A stretch of DNA of 64,000 nucleotides from an uncultured Chloroflexia bacterium (GTDB lineage: Bacteria; Chloroflexota; Limnocylindria; Limnocylindrales; CSP1-4), in NCBI GenBank assembly GCA_963713975.1, contig OY970218.1, forward strand, positions 3,296,001 to 3,360,000, in the 5' to 3' direction. Below are positions 40,800 to 49,317 of this stretch, piece after piece. How positions within the stretch are numbered: the first letter of the stretch is position 1; the number at the start of each line of letters is the position of its first letter. The translations under genes were made by a program, and so were the position numbers. The notes beneath the pieces were generated by a model that saw nothing but the letters and a program-made list of their open reading frames with translations, made no database searches and was not told the origin of the DNA.

Positions 40800-42307
40800 G
40801 CGCCGTCCTCCACGCCCGGGCCCGTCGCCAGGCCGCCCAGGGCCGCCACCAGCCCGTCCACGACGCGCTCCAGCTCCACGCCCCGCGACGCCTTGACCAG
40901 GATGACGTCCCCCGGCACGGACAGGTCGCGCAGCAGCTCCACGGCCTCCGCCGGCCCATCGGCAACCAGCACGTTGCCTGGCGCCATGCCCGCGGCTCGA
41001 GCCCCGTCCGCGATGCCAGCCGCCTCGCCGCCCGGACCGCCGTCCAGAACGACCAGCAGGTCGAGGTCGGCCGCGGCCTCCCCGACCTCGATGTGGCCCA
41101 CGGCATGCGTGTCACCCAGCTCCCGCATCGCCCCGAGGACGGCCACGTGGCGCCCCGGGAGGCCGCGCAGCATGTCCAGGGCCGCGCGCATCGTGGCGGG
41201 TGAGGCGTTGTAGGCATCGTCCACGACCGTCCGGCCCGCCGCCCGGACCACCACGGACCGATGCGGGGCGGTGGACGGGACTGCCAGCCCGGCCACGATC
41301 TCGTCGAGCCCCAGGCCGGCGGCCAGGCCGGCGGCGGCGGCGGCGAGGGCGTTGTGGACCGCCATGGCGCCCAGCCCTGGGACGGCCGCCGGGCGATCCC
41401 CTGCGGGGGTCCTGAGGCGGAACCGCATCCCGGCGAAACCCGCCGATGCGACCTCATCGGCGCCGATCTCCGCACCGGCGGCGAGCCCGTAGGTCACGAT
41501 CCGGGCGCGCGTCCGGGCCGCCATGCGTGCCACCCGGTCGTCGTCGGCGTTGAGGATGGCGACCCCGCCGTCCGCGTCCGGCGGCAGGGCCTCGACCAGC
41601 TCCGCCTTGGCATCCTCGATGGCCTCCACGCTGCCGATCCGTGACAGGTGCACGGGCTGGACCGCGGTCACGATCCCGATCGACGGTCGTGCGATGGCTG
41701 CCAGGTCACGAATCTCCCCACCCGTGTACATGCCCATCTCGAGCACGGCCGCAGCGTGCTCCGGCCCGAGACCCAGGACGGTGAGCGGCAGGCCGATCTC
41801 GTTGTTCTGGTTGCCCTCGGAGCGAAGCGTCCGGAACCGCTGGGCCAGGACGCCTGCAACGGCCTCCTTGGTCGACGTCTTGGCAACGCTTCCCGTGATG
41901 CCGACGACCAGCGGACAGAACCGCTGCCTCCAGATCGTCGCCACCGCGTGCAGGGCACGGAGCGTGTCCGGGACGCGCAGGACGGTGACATCCCCGAGCG
42001 TCTCGAACGCGGGCTCCCCGCCCGACGGATCGGGGTCTCGCGAGACCAGGATCGCCGCCGCGCCCGCTGCCGCCGCCGCGCGAAGGAATCGGTGGCCGTC
42101 CGTCCGCTCGCCAGGAAGCGCGACGAACAGGCTGCCGGGCACGACCAGCCTCGAGTCGACGGCGCCGCCGCGGATTGGTCGGGTGCTCCGCTGGACGAGC
42201 TCCCCGCCGGTCGCTGCAAGCAGGTCCTCGGCGGTCAGGGCGGGGTCGGCGGCGGTCGGCCGATCGGGGTCCGTCACGGGATCGAGTGTCGCACGGGCAG
42301 CCGTCAC
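40796..42307 (-). CDS. murF: UDP-MurNAc-tripeptide--D-Ala-D-Ala ligase
   Basis: VDSR, DGHRF, GITGSVAKTSTKE, NNEIGLP, LEMG, DDAYNASP, VKASRG. Confidence 0.96.
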   Translation of the reverse strand: MTAARATLDPVTDPDRPTAADPALTAEDLLAATGGELVQRSTRPIRGGAVDSRLVVPGSLFVALPGERTDGHRFLRAAAAAGAAAILVSRDPDPSGGEPAFETLGDVTVLRVPDTLRALHAVATIWRQRFCPLVVGITGSVAKTSTKEAVAGVLAQRFRTLRSEGNQNNEIGLPLTVLGLGPEHAAAVLEMGMYTGGEIRDLAAIARPSIGIVTAVQPVHLSRIGSVEAIEDAKAELVEALPPDADGGVAILNADDDRVARMAARTRARIVTYGLAAGAEIGADEVASAGFAGMRFRLRTPAGDRPAAVPGLGAMAVHNALAAAAAGLAAGLGLDEIVAGLAVPSTAPHRSVVVRAAGRTVVDDAYNASPATMRAALDMLRGLPGRHVAVLGAMRELGDTHAVGHIEVGEAAADLDLLVVLDGGPGGEAAGIADGARAAGMAPGNVLVADGPAEAVELLRDLSVPGDVILVKASRGVELERVVDGLVAALGGLATGPGVEDGA

Positions 42308-44130
42308 GGGTAGTCCGGCACGGCGGGAAGCAAATGCACGTCCGAGACGAGGTCGGGCGTGTTGATGGCGTTGTGGGCGATGCGGCGAAACAGCTCGAAG
42401 ACCATCACCGGCATCTCTAGATGGCCGAGGCGGACGACCGTCGGCGTGCCCTCCTCGATCCGGACCGCGATCGCGAGGTCCGGCCGGCCGGGCTGACGGG
42501 CGACATAGCCGACGAACGAGTAGTTGAACAGGTTGACCTTCCAGGCCTTCTTGGCACTGTCCCAGATCTGGGCGGTCCCGGTCTTGCCACCCACCTCGAA
42601 CCCCGGGATCAGCGTCCGAGTGCGGTAGAAGTCCACCTCCGTCACGACGTGGTTCATGAGCTTGGTGAGGGACGTCGCCAGCTTCTCCGACATGACCCGC
42701 TCATGCGCCACCGGCGCGGTCTCACGATCCCCGACCGCCTTGACGACGCGCGGCTGGACCAGGATCCCCCCGTTGAGCATGGCCGAGTAGGCTTGGGCCA
42801 GCTGGATCGGCGTGACGGCGACGCCCTGTCCGAAGGCACCGTTCGCAAGGTCGATCTCGCGCCACCGGGTCACGGCGGGGTCCCTGACGATCCCCGCCAC
42901 CTCGCCCGCCACGTCGATGCCCGTGCGGGCGCCAAAGCCCAGCTTCCGCCAGGTGTCGTACAGCCGCGTGCTCGCCTGGGTCGTGGTCTTGCCCAGCTTG
43001 AGGGCCACCTTGGCGGCGACGACGTTCCGCGAGTAGGCGATCGCGTCCTCGAACGTCATCGGGCCCATCGCCTTGTGGTCGGCATCGTCGACGCGGGAGC
43101 GGCCACCGTCCACCCGCAACGTCCCGGTGTCGCGGATCTTCGTCTTCATGGTCACCGTGCCCGTGCCCAGGGCGGCGGTCGCGGTCATCATCTTGAACAC
43201 CGAGCCCGGCTCGTAGACGGTGGACACGACGGGGTCCACGAACACGCCGGGGTCGTCGGCAGCGATCGCCTGGTACTCGTTGGCGTCGTAGGACGGGTAG
43301 CTCGCGTAGGCGTAGACCTCACCCGTGTATGGATCCATGACCACGGCGGAGACACGCTTCGCGCGGTCGGCGATCCAGGCCGACAGGAGCTCCTGTTCCA
43401 CGGCCACCTGGAGCGACGCGTCGATCGTGAGGGTCAGGTTCTGGCCGGGATACCCATCCTCGATCACGGTCGAGGTATCCGGCACGGCGTTGCCGGAGGA
43501 ATCCCTCTGCGCGGCGACGACCGTTTCGAGGCCCGCGAGATCGTCCTGGTAGAACTGCTCAACCCCGTATTGCCCGGCTCCCTCCCGGTTGACGAAGCCG
43601 AGCAGGTGCGCGGCGAGTGTCGAGCGCGGCCCGCCGCCAGGCTGGGGATAGAGCCGCAGCTGCTCGGGCTCCAGGATCAGGCCGGAAAGCTCGGGGTCCT
43701 TGCCGGCGGACATCGCACGGATGCGATCGGAGATCTCGGGTTCCAGGTCCCGGGCGAGGATCCTGTACGGCGAGTCGGACATCATCCGAGAGGTCAGGGT
43801 CGTCGCCGCGTCGCCCTCGAGACCGAGCAGCTTGACCAGGCTCGCCGCCACCTCGATCCGACGCAGGCGCGAGAGCGAACTCGGGTTCGCTGCGAGACGG
43901 TCGCGGGAGACGCTGGTCGCCAGGACCACCGTCCCGGTCCGGTCGTAGATCGAGCCGCGCTTGGCGGGGATCTCATAGCGCATCGACGACTGCTGGAGCG
44001 CCTTGGCGGCGAGCTCATCGCGGCGCACGACCTGCCAGTACGCGAGACGCGCGCCGAGACTGCCCGCGATCACAACGAAGGCAACCAGGAGCAGCAGTGC
44101 CCGGGTACGGGAGTCGGTCCGGCCAAGCAT
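42304..44130 (-). CDS. ftsI: Class B penicillin-binding protein (FtsI)
   Basis: RGSIYDR, RLYP, SxxK (EPGSVFK), SxN (YSRN), KTG (GGKTGTAQ). Confidence 0.94.
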   Translation of the reverse strand: MLGRTDSRTRALLLLVAFVVIAGSLGARLAYWQVVRRDELAAKALQQSSMRYEIPAKRGSIYDRTGTVVLATSVSRDRLAANPSSLSRLRRIEVAASLVKLLGLEGDAATTLTSRMMSDSPYRILARDLEPEISDRIRAMSAGKDPELSGLILEPEQLRLYPQPGGGPRSTLAAHLLGFVNREGAGQYGVEQFYQDDLAGLETVVAAQRDSSGNAVPDTSTVIEDGYPGQNLTLTIDASLQVAVEQELLSAWIADRAKRVSAVVMDPYTGEVYAYASYPSYDANEYQAIAADDPGVFVDPVVSTVYEPGSVFKMMTATAALGTGTVTMKTKIRDTGTLRVDGGRSRVDDADHKAMGPMTFEDAIAYSRNVVAAKVALKLGKTTTQASTRLYDTWRKLGFGARTGIDVAGEVAGIVRDPAVTRWREIDLANGAFGQGVAVTPIQLAQAYSAMLNGGILVQPRVVKAVGDRETAPVAHERVMSEKLATSLTKLMNHVVTEVDFYRTRTLIPGFEVGGKTGTAQIWDSAKKAWKVNLFNYSFVGYVARQPGRPDLAIAVRIEEGTPTVVRLGHLEMPVMVFELFRRIAHNAINTPDLVSDVHLLPAVPDYP

Positions 44131-44143
44131 CGATGGGGTCGCC

Positions 44144-44527
44144 CTAGCGGGCCGCGACGATCTCGGGCTCCGGCAGCGGGCCAAGCCCGGCGTCGATCGC
44201 CTGCTTGCGGATGGCCGGTGCCTTGCCGAGACGGTTCAGCGAGTTGCGGAGATCCTCGGCGCGTGCGTCGAGGCGGCGGTTCTGGGTCGTCAGGCGGTCC
44301 AACTCGTATCCCGTGGCCGACACGCGGATGTCCTGCGACAGGGAGAAGAACGCGCCCGAGAATGCCACGACGATCGCGGCCAGGAGGATCGCGATGCGGG
44401 ACGGGCCGCGCCGGGCGCGGACGGCTGCCCGAGCCCTGCGGCGCGGAAGCGCCGGAGCCTGCACCTCGATCCGCGGCCGACGCGGCAGGACGATGGTGCG
44501 CGGTCGCGCACCCTGGTAGACGGCCAC
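44144..44527 (-). CDS. ftsL: FtsL-like cell division protein
   Basis: Basic N-terminus, single TM helix, leucine-zipper-like coiled coil; immediately upstream of ftsI. Confidence 0.7.
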   Translation of the reverse strand: MAVYQGARPRTIVLPRRPRIEVQAPALPRRRARAAVRARRGPSRIAILLAAIVVAFSGAFFSLSQDIRVSATGYELDRLTTQNRRLDARAEDLRNSLNRLGKAPAIRKQAIDAGLGPLPEPEIVAAR

Positions 44528-44530
44528 CGG

Positions 44531-44725
44531 TCAGTCGCCCAAGGCGTAGCGCACGCGCGGGGCACGGAGATCCAGGAACGCGAACCGGTCGGCGATCACG
44601 GCGGGGTCAAGATCCTCGAGATCGGCATCGACATCGGGCACGGCGTCACGCTGACGGCGCTCGGCCAGCTCGTGCTGGCGGCGACCGTAGGACTTGCGAC
44701 GATTGGACTGGTGGCGCTGGCTCAC
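44531..44725 (-). CDS. Small hypothetical protein (64 aa) inside the dcw cluster
   Basis: Strong GGAGGAGGAG RBS before GTG 44725; stop lies 3 nt before the ftsL start. Confidence 0.6.
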   Translation of the reverse strand: MSQRHQSNRRKSYGRRQHELAERRQRDAVPDVDADLEDLDPAVIADRFAFLDLRAPRVRYALGD

Positions 44726-44833
44726 GGGACTCCTCCTCCGTGGGCGGACCGGCGGGATCACCGGTTCGATGCGTGACGCGGGTCGGCTCGTTGGGCTGCC
44801 GCTCTGTTCGTCCGGTCCGCTACCTCCCGCGCT

Positions 44834-45781
44834 TCATGCGGCGAGCCGTTCGGCCGCGCGAAGGCGCGCGCTGCGGGCCCGCGGGTTCGCGCTGACCTCC
44901 TCGTCGGTGGGGGTCAGCGAAGGACGAGTCACGAGACGGAGCCGCGGCGTCTTGCCGCACACGCACACGGGCGCCTCGGGCGCGCAGGTGCAGCCGCGGC
45001 GCTCCGCTGCCAGGAACCGCTTGACGATCCGGTCCTCGAGCGAGTGATAGGAAAGGACGACGATGCGCCCGCCCGGCCGAAGCAGGTCCACGGCCGCGGT
45101 GAGGCCTTCCTCGAGTGCGTCGAGCTCCTCGTTGACCGCGATGCGCAGTGCCTGGAAGACGCGGGTGGCCGGGTGGATCCGGCGGCGGATGCGCGGATTT
45201 CCGGGCAGCGTGTGCTCCACGAGCGCCGCGAGCTCCTCCGCTGTACGGATGGGATGCATGGTCCGCTCGGCGACCACCGCCTGGGCGATCCTCCACGCGG
45301 AGGGCTCCTCGCCGTAGCGGCGGAACAGGGCCGCCAGCTCGTCGGCGGAGAGGGTCTCGAGCAGGTCGGCTGCGGGGACGCCGCGGCCCGTGTCGAAGCG
45401 CATGTCCAGGGGACCGCCGGCTCGAAAGCCGAAGCCGCGCTCGCGGTCGGCCAGTTGGAACGAGGACAGCCCGAGGTCGAACAGGGCCCCGTCCACGACC
45501 CCGAAACCCGCGTCGGGCGCGACCTCCGCCAGCTCGCGGAAGTTGGCGCGGCGCAGGACCAGGCGATCCCCGAAGCGCGCCAGGCGGACTCTCGTGCGCT
45601 CGACCGCGGCATCGTCCGCATCCAGTCCCAGCACCCGGCCCTCGGGGCTGGCGGCCTCCAGGATCCGCTCGGTGTGCCCACCGCCGCCGACCGTCGCGTC
45701 GATCTGCAGGCTGCCGGATGCCGGGGCCAAGGTCGCGAGGACCTCGGCCGGCATGACCGGCTTGTGCCCTTCCTGCATCAC
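44834..45781 (-). CDS. rsmH: 16S rRNA m4C1402 methyltransferase
   Basis: HKPVM, DATVGGGGH, DLGLSSFQL, PLDMR, FQALRIAVNEEL, SYHSLEDRIVK, NPRARSARLR. Confidence 0.97.
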   Translation of the reverse strand: MMQEGHKPVMPAEVLATLAPASGSLQIDATVGGGGHTERILEAASPEGRVLGLDADDAAVERTRVRLARFGDRLVLRRANFRELAEVAPDAGFGVVDGALFDLGLSSFQLADRERGFGFRAGGPLDMRFDTGRGVPAADLLETLSADELAALFRRYGEEPSAWRIAQAVVAERTMHPIRTAEELAALVEHTLPGNPRIRRRIHPATRVFQALRIAVNEELDALEEGLTAAVDLLRPGGRIVVLSYHSLEDRIVKRFLAAERRGCTCAPEAPVCVCGKTPRLRLVTRPSLTPTDEEVSANPRARSARLRAAERLAA

Positions 45782-45839
45782 TCCTCCACAGATCGGTTGC
45801 GGATCCCGAGCGGACCCTGGAAGCGCATATGGTTCGACG

Positions 45840-46280
45840 TCAGATCCCCAGGCCCGCGATGGCCGCGGCGAAGGCGGACGAGTCCTCGAGGCCCTGGCTG
45901 TACTCGGCCCAGCGCGCCGGTGCCCAGATCTCCGCGTGGTCCCGGGATCCCAGGACCATGGCCTCGCCCTCGAGCCCGGCGAACGTGCGAAGCCCCTGCG
46001 GGAGAAGGACCCGGCCCTGGCGGTCGAGCTCCGTCTCGAAGGCTCCGGAGAACAGCTGCCGCTGGAGCAGGCGGGCGTTGGGATCAGTCATCGGCAGGCT
46101 CCCGACCTTCGTCGCGAGCTCGTCCCAGGCCGCCATCGGCAGGATCGCGAGGCAGGTGTCGAGCCACCTCGCAACCACGCATCCACCGTCGAGCTGCGTG
46201 CGGAAGCGCGACGGGACGGCGATGCGCCCCTTCTCGTCAACCGCGTGCCGGTACTCGCCGGTGAACACCGCGTCCATCAC
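45840..46280 (-). CDS. mraZ: Transcriptional regulator MraZ
   Basis: Two DxxGR repeats (VDEKGRI, LDRQGRV); first gene of the dcw cluster. Confidence 0.96.
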   Translation of the reverse strand: MMDAVFTGEYRHAVDEKGRIAVPSRFRTQLDGGCVVARWLDTCLAILPMAAWDELATKVGSLPMTDPNARLLQRQLFSGAFETELDRQGRVLLPQGLRTFAGLEGEAMVLGSRDHAEIWAPARWAEYSQGLEDSSAFAAAIAGLGI

Positions 46281-46348
46281 TCCCTGACGTCGAGCGCGCT
46301 GGGTGGACCGTCAACCTGGGTCCCCTTGGCCGGTCGCCCGGTTGGTTC

Positions 46349-46409
46349 CCCACTTTCCACCACTTCGCGCCACTCGGAGGCATTCTAGCCCCCGCGGGGG
46401 GGTCGTCAA
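46349..46409 (-). promoter_or_regulatory. dcw (mraZ) promoter with MraZ operator repeats
   Basis: Minus strand TTGACG (46409-46404), 16 nt, TAGAAT (46387-46382), then three AGTGG repeats at exact 10-nt period (CCAC at 46350, 46360, 46370). Confidence 0.75.
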
Positions 46410-46636
46410 TGGGCGAAATGGCACATCGGTGCCGGAAATGACAGCGGCCATGGGAATCTGGACGCAGGCGGACAGGAAGCTGGACGCCGGCGGCCACGAG
46501 ATCTGAACGCCGCCGGCCACGCGATCTGGACAGCCCGCCCCACGGTCCCCTCACGGACACCGTGAACATCAAGCGTCCCTCCCCACGCACGCTGGGGGTT
46601 GCTGAGACAACCCAGGGTGAGCAGAGGAGGGACGTG

Positions 46637-48130
46637 GTGAAGCATGCCGGAGACGTGGTGGAGATCCTCGAGGCGTTCGACCTGACGGGCAGCCTGCGCG
46701 AGGCGGCACGCCTCACCGGCTGCTCGCCGATGACGGTTGCCCGCTATGTCCGACTGCGCGAGCGAGGCCAGGTCGCCCCTGACCCGGTGCGTCGTGACCA
46801 GATCGTCGATCCGTACCTCGCCAAGCTCGAGGAGTGGGTCGAGCGCAGCCATGGCCGGGTCCGCGCCGACATCGCCCACGAGAAGCTGCTCGCGCTCGGC
46901 TTCGACGGCTCCGAGCGGACCACCCGACGGGCAGTCGCCGACATCAAGCACGCGTATGCGGCGGGCCACCGGCGCGTCTTCCGACCCTGGATCCCCGAGC
47001 CCGGCATGTGGTTCCAGTTCGACTGGGGCAAGGGTCCCGTGATCGCCGGCCGCGACACGCTGCTGTGGTGCGCCTGGCTCGCCTGGAGCCGGTACCGGGT
47101 GATCATCCCGACCTGGGACCGGACGCTGCCGACCGTGATCGCCTGTCTCGACGAGACCCTCCGCCGGTTCGGCGGTGCCCCCACGTACGCCCTCACCGAC
47201 AACGAGCGGACGGTCACGGTCGACCGGGTGGCCGGGATCGCGGTGAAGCACCCGATCCTCGTCGCCGCCGCCCGCCACTACGGGCTCGTCATCCACGCCT
47301 GCGTGCCGGCCGACCCGGCGTCCAAGGGCGGCTCGGAGAGCACGGTCAAGATCGCCAAGGCCGATCTGGTCCCGACCGACGCGAACCTGCTCGAGGCCTA
47401 CCCCTCGTTCACGGCCCTCCGGGTCGCCTGCGCCGCGTTCTGCACGCAAGTCAACGAGCGCCCCCATCGCGAGACCCGGCGGCCACCCCTCGAGCTGCTC
47501 GCCGACGAGCGCCGGCGGCTCCACCCCGTCCCCGTCGAGCCGTACACGGTCGCCTTCGGGCTGACCCGGGTCGTCGACGACGAGTCGACGGTCCGCCACG
47601 GCTCCGCCCGCTACTCGGTGCCGCACAAGCTCGTCGGCGAGCGGGTCTGGGTGCGGGTCGACGGCGACGAGCTCGTCGTCGTCCACCAGGGACCGCCGGG
47701 AGCCCGCGAGGTCGCCCGCCACCCGCTCACGACGCCCGGCAACCCCCGGATCGATCCGGCCCACTATCCCGAGCGCACGACCGATCCGCTCAACCCGCGG
47801 CCGCGGGCCGTGAGCCCCGAGGAGACCGCGTTCCTCGGGCTCGGCGAGGGTGCCGAGCGCTGGCTGATCCTCGCCGCCGCCTCGGGCACCGAGCGGATCC
47901 GGACCAAGATGCGCCGGGCGACCGAGCTTGCCGCCCTCGTCGGTGCCGTCCCGGTCGACGAGGCCCTGGCCCTCGCGGCCGAGGCGGGCCGCTTCGCCGA
48001 GGGCGACCTCGAGTCGATCCTCGACCACCGCCGGCTCATGGGCGACCGGGCGGGCGAGCGCCTCGGATCGGGTGACGCCGATGACACGCTCCAACCGGGC
48101 ACGGGCGCTTGGGAGGACCTGGGCCGGTGA
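46637..48130 (+). CDS. istA: IS21 transposase IstA
   Basis: N-terminal HTH, QFDWG, LTDN, SKGGSESTV (DDE triad), YSVP. GAGGAGG RBS before the GTG. Confidence 0.93.
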   Translation: MKHAGDVVEILEAFDLTGSLREAARLTGCSPMTVARYVRLRERGQVAPDPVRRDQIVDPYLAKLEEWVERSHGRVRADIAHEKLLALGFDGSERTTRRAVADIKHAYAAGHRRVFRPWIPEPGMWFQFDWGKGPVIAGRDTLLWCAWLAWSRYRVIIPTWDRTLPTVIACLDETLRRFGGAPTYALTDNERTVTVDRVAGIAVKHPILVAAARHYGLVIHACVPADPASKGGSESTVKIAKADLVPTDANLLEAYPSFTALRVACAAFCTQVNERPHRETRRPPLELLADERRRLHPVPVEPYTVAFGLTRVVDDESTVRHGSARYSVPHKLVGERVWVRVDGDELVVVHQGPPGAREVARHPLTTPGNPRIDPAHYPERTTDPLNPRPRAVSPEETAFLGLGEGAERWLILAAASGTERIRTKMRRATELAALVGAVPVDEALALAAEAGRFAEGDLESILDHRRLMGDRAGERLGSGDADDTLQPGTGAWEDLGR

Positions 48131-49017
48131 CCGGCGGCCCGTCGCACGATGCCTACGAGACCCGCAGCCGGCTCCAGGGCGCCGAGGCCGCCGACGAGTT
48201 CGCCCAATGGCGCGAGCTGCCACCCCGCCTGCAGCCGGTCGCGCCACCGCCGCTGCCGCCCGATATCGCACGGCTGCTCCACAGGCTCCGCCTGCGCTAC
48301 GTCCGGCTGGCGGGACCCGCGGTCCTGGCCCGGGCGCGCGACGAGGGCTGGGACCATGCCCGGGTGCTCAAGGTCCTGCTCGCGGAGGAGGCGGCCGGCC
48401 GCGACCGGTCGACCCGGGAGCTCCACCGCAAGGCAGCGAGGCTGCCCTCGGGCAAGACGTTCGATGCCTGGGATCCTGCGGCCTCGGCGATCCCGGGCGA
48501 CGCCCAATGGGCGCTCCGGAGCCTCGACTGGATCGGGCGCGCCGAAAACCTCGTCCTGGTCGGACCGTCAGGGACCGGCAAGAGCCACTTCGCCGAGGCG
48601 ATCGCCCATGCCGCGATCGACCGCGACCTGCGGGTCAGCTGGTTCAGCCTCGAGACCCTGACCGCCACCATCGCCCGGTCGCGGATCGACGCCACCACCG
48701 GCAAGGTCGTCGAGCGGATCGTGCGCTCGGAGCTGGTCGTGATCGATGACATCGGCCTCCTGCCCGCCGGGGCGGACGAGGCCGAGGCCCTCTACCGTCT
48801 CGTCGACGCGGCGTACGAGAAGCGCTCGCTGATCCTGACCTCGAACCTCCACCCGGCCCGCTTCGACACCATCTTCCCCAAGGGCCTGGCCACCGCAGCG
48901 GTCGACCGGCTGCTCCACCACGCCCACGTCATCGTCACCGAGGGCCGGTCACATCGCCTCGCCGAGGCGCTCGACGGGCGCGGGGTCCAGGCCCTGTCCG
49001 CGGGCGAGGGCGGCTGA
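48127..49017 (+). CDS. istB: IS21 helper AAA+ ATPase IstB
   Basis: GPSGTGKSH, VIDDIG, AYEKRSLILTSN, AVDRLLHHA, GRSHR. GTGA overlap with istA. Confidence 0.94.
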   Translation: MTGGPSHDAYETRSRLQGAEAADEFAQWRELPPRLQPVAPPPLPPDIARLLHRLRLRYVRLAGPAVLARARDEGWDHARVLKVLLAEEAAGRDRSTRELHRKAARLPSGKTFDAWDPAASAIPGDAQWALRSLDWIGRAENLVLVGPSGTGKSHFAEAIAHAAIDRDLRVSWFSLETLTATIARSRIDATTGKVVERIVRSELVVIDDIGLLPAGADEAEALYRLVDAAYEKRSLILTSNLHPARFDTIFPKGLATAAVDRLLHHAHVIVTEGRSHRLAEALDGRGVQALSAGEGG

Positions 49018-49215
49018 CGCCCGCTGGACGCAGCGCGACTCCACTCAGCGTCACCGAGGGAGAGAGAACGGACGGTGTCCAGTTCTCATGGCCGCCAGCG
49101 TCCAGCTCCGGCGTCCGCCAGCGTCCAGATCTCGTGACCGTCTCCGTCCAGATTCACCTGTCCCTTGACAGGAAACGGAGGAATTGCCTCCGCGCATCCC
49201 GGGCGAGGGCCGCGC

Positions 49216-49289
49216 CGGGCCCCAGGGCGCGGCGAAAGCGGGCCCCAGGGCGATGGCAAAAGCGGGCCTAGGGCGATGGCGGAGGCGGG
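49216..49289. repeat. Three imperfect 23-24-bp tandem repeats
   Basis: CGGGCCCCAGGGCGCGGCGAAAG / CGGGCCCCAGGGCGATGGCAAAAG / CGGGCCTAGGGCGATGGCGGAGG. Confidence 0.75.
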
Positions 49290-49317
49290 TGCAGGCTCCT
49301 GCGAGGAGGCGCGGGCA

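Larger units (their letters stand above)
46439..49170 (+). mobile_element. IS21-family insertion sequence (2732 bp)
   Basis: TG...CA ends; imperfect IRs (TGACAGCGGCCATGGGAATCTGGACG versus reverse-complemented TGTCAAGGGACAGGTGAATCTGGACG); several subterminal CTGGACGC-type repeats at both ends; 5-bp direct repeat GGAAA at 46434-46438 and 49171-49175; istA-istB pair. Confidence 0.95.

Noticed and set aside
46456-46532. Short spaced repeats at both IS ends (also 49072-49155) resembling a mini-CRISPR or iteron array
   Set aside because: These are the multiple transposase-binding repeats typical of IS21 ends. There are no unique spacers and no cas genes.
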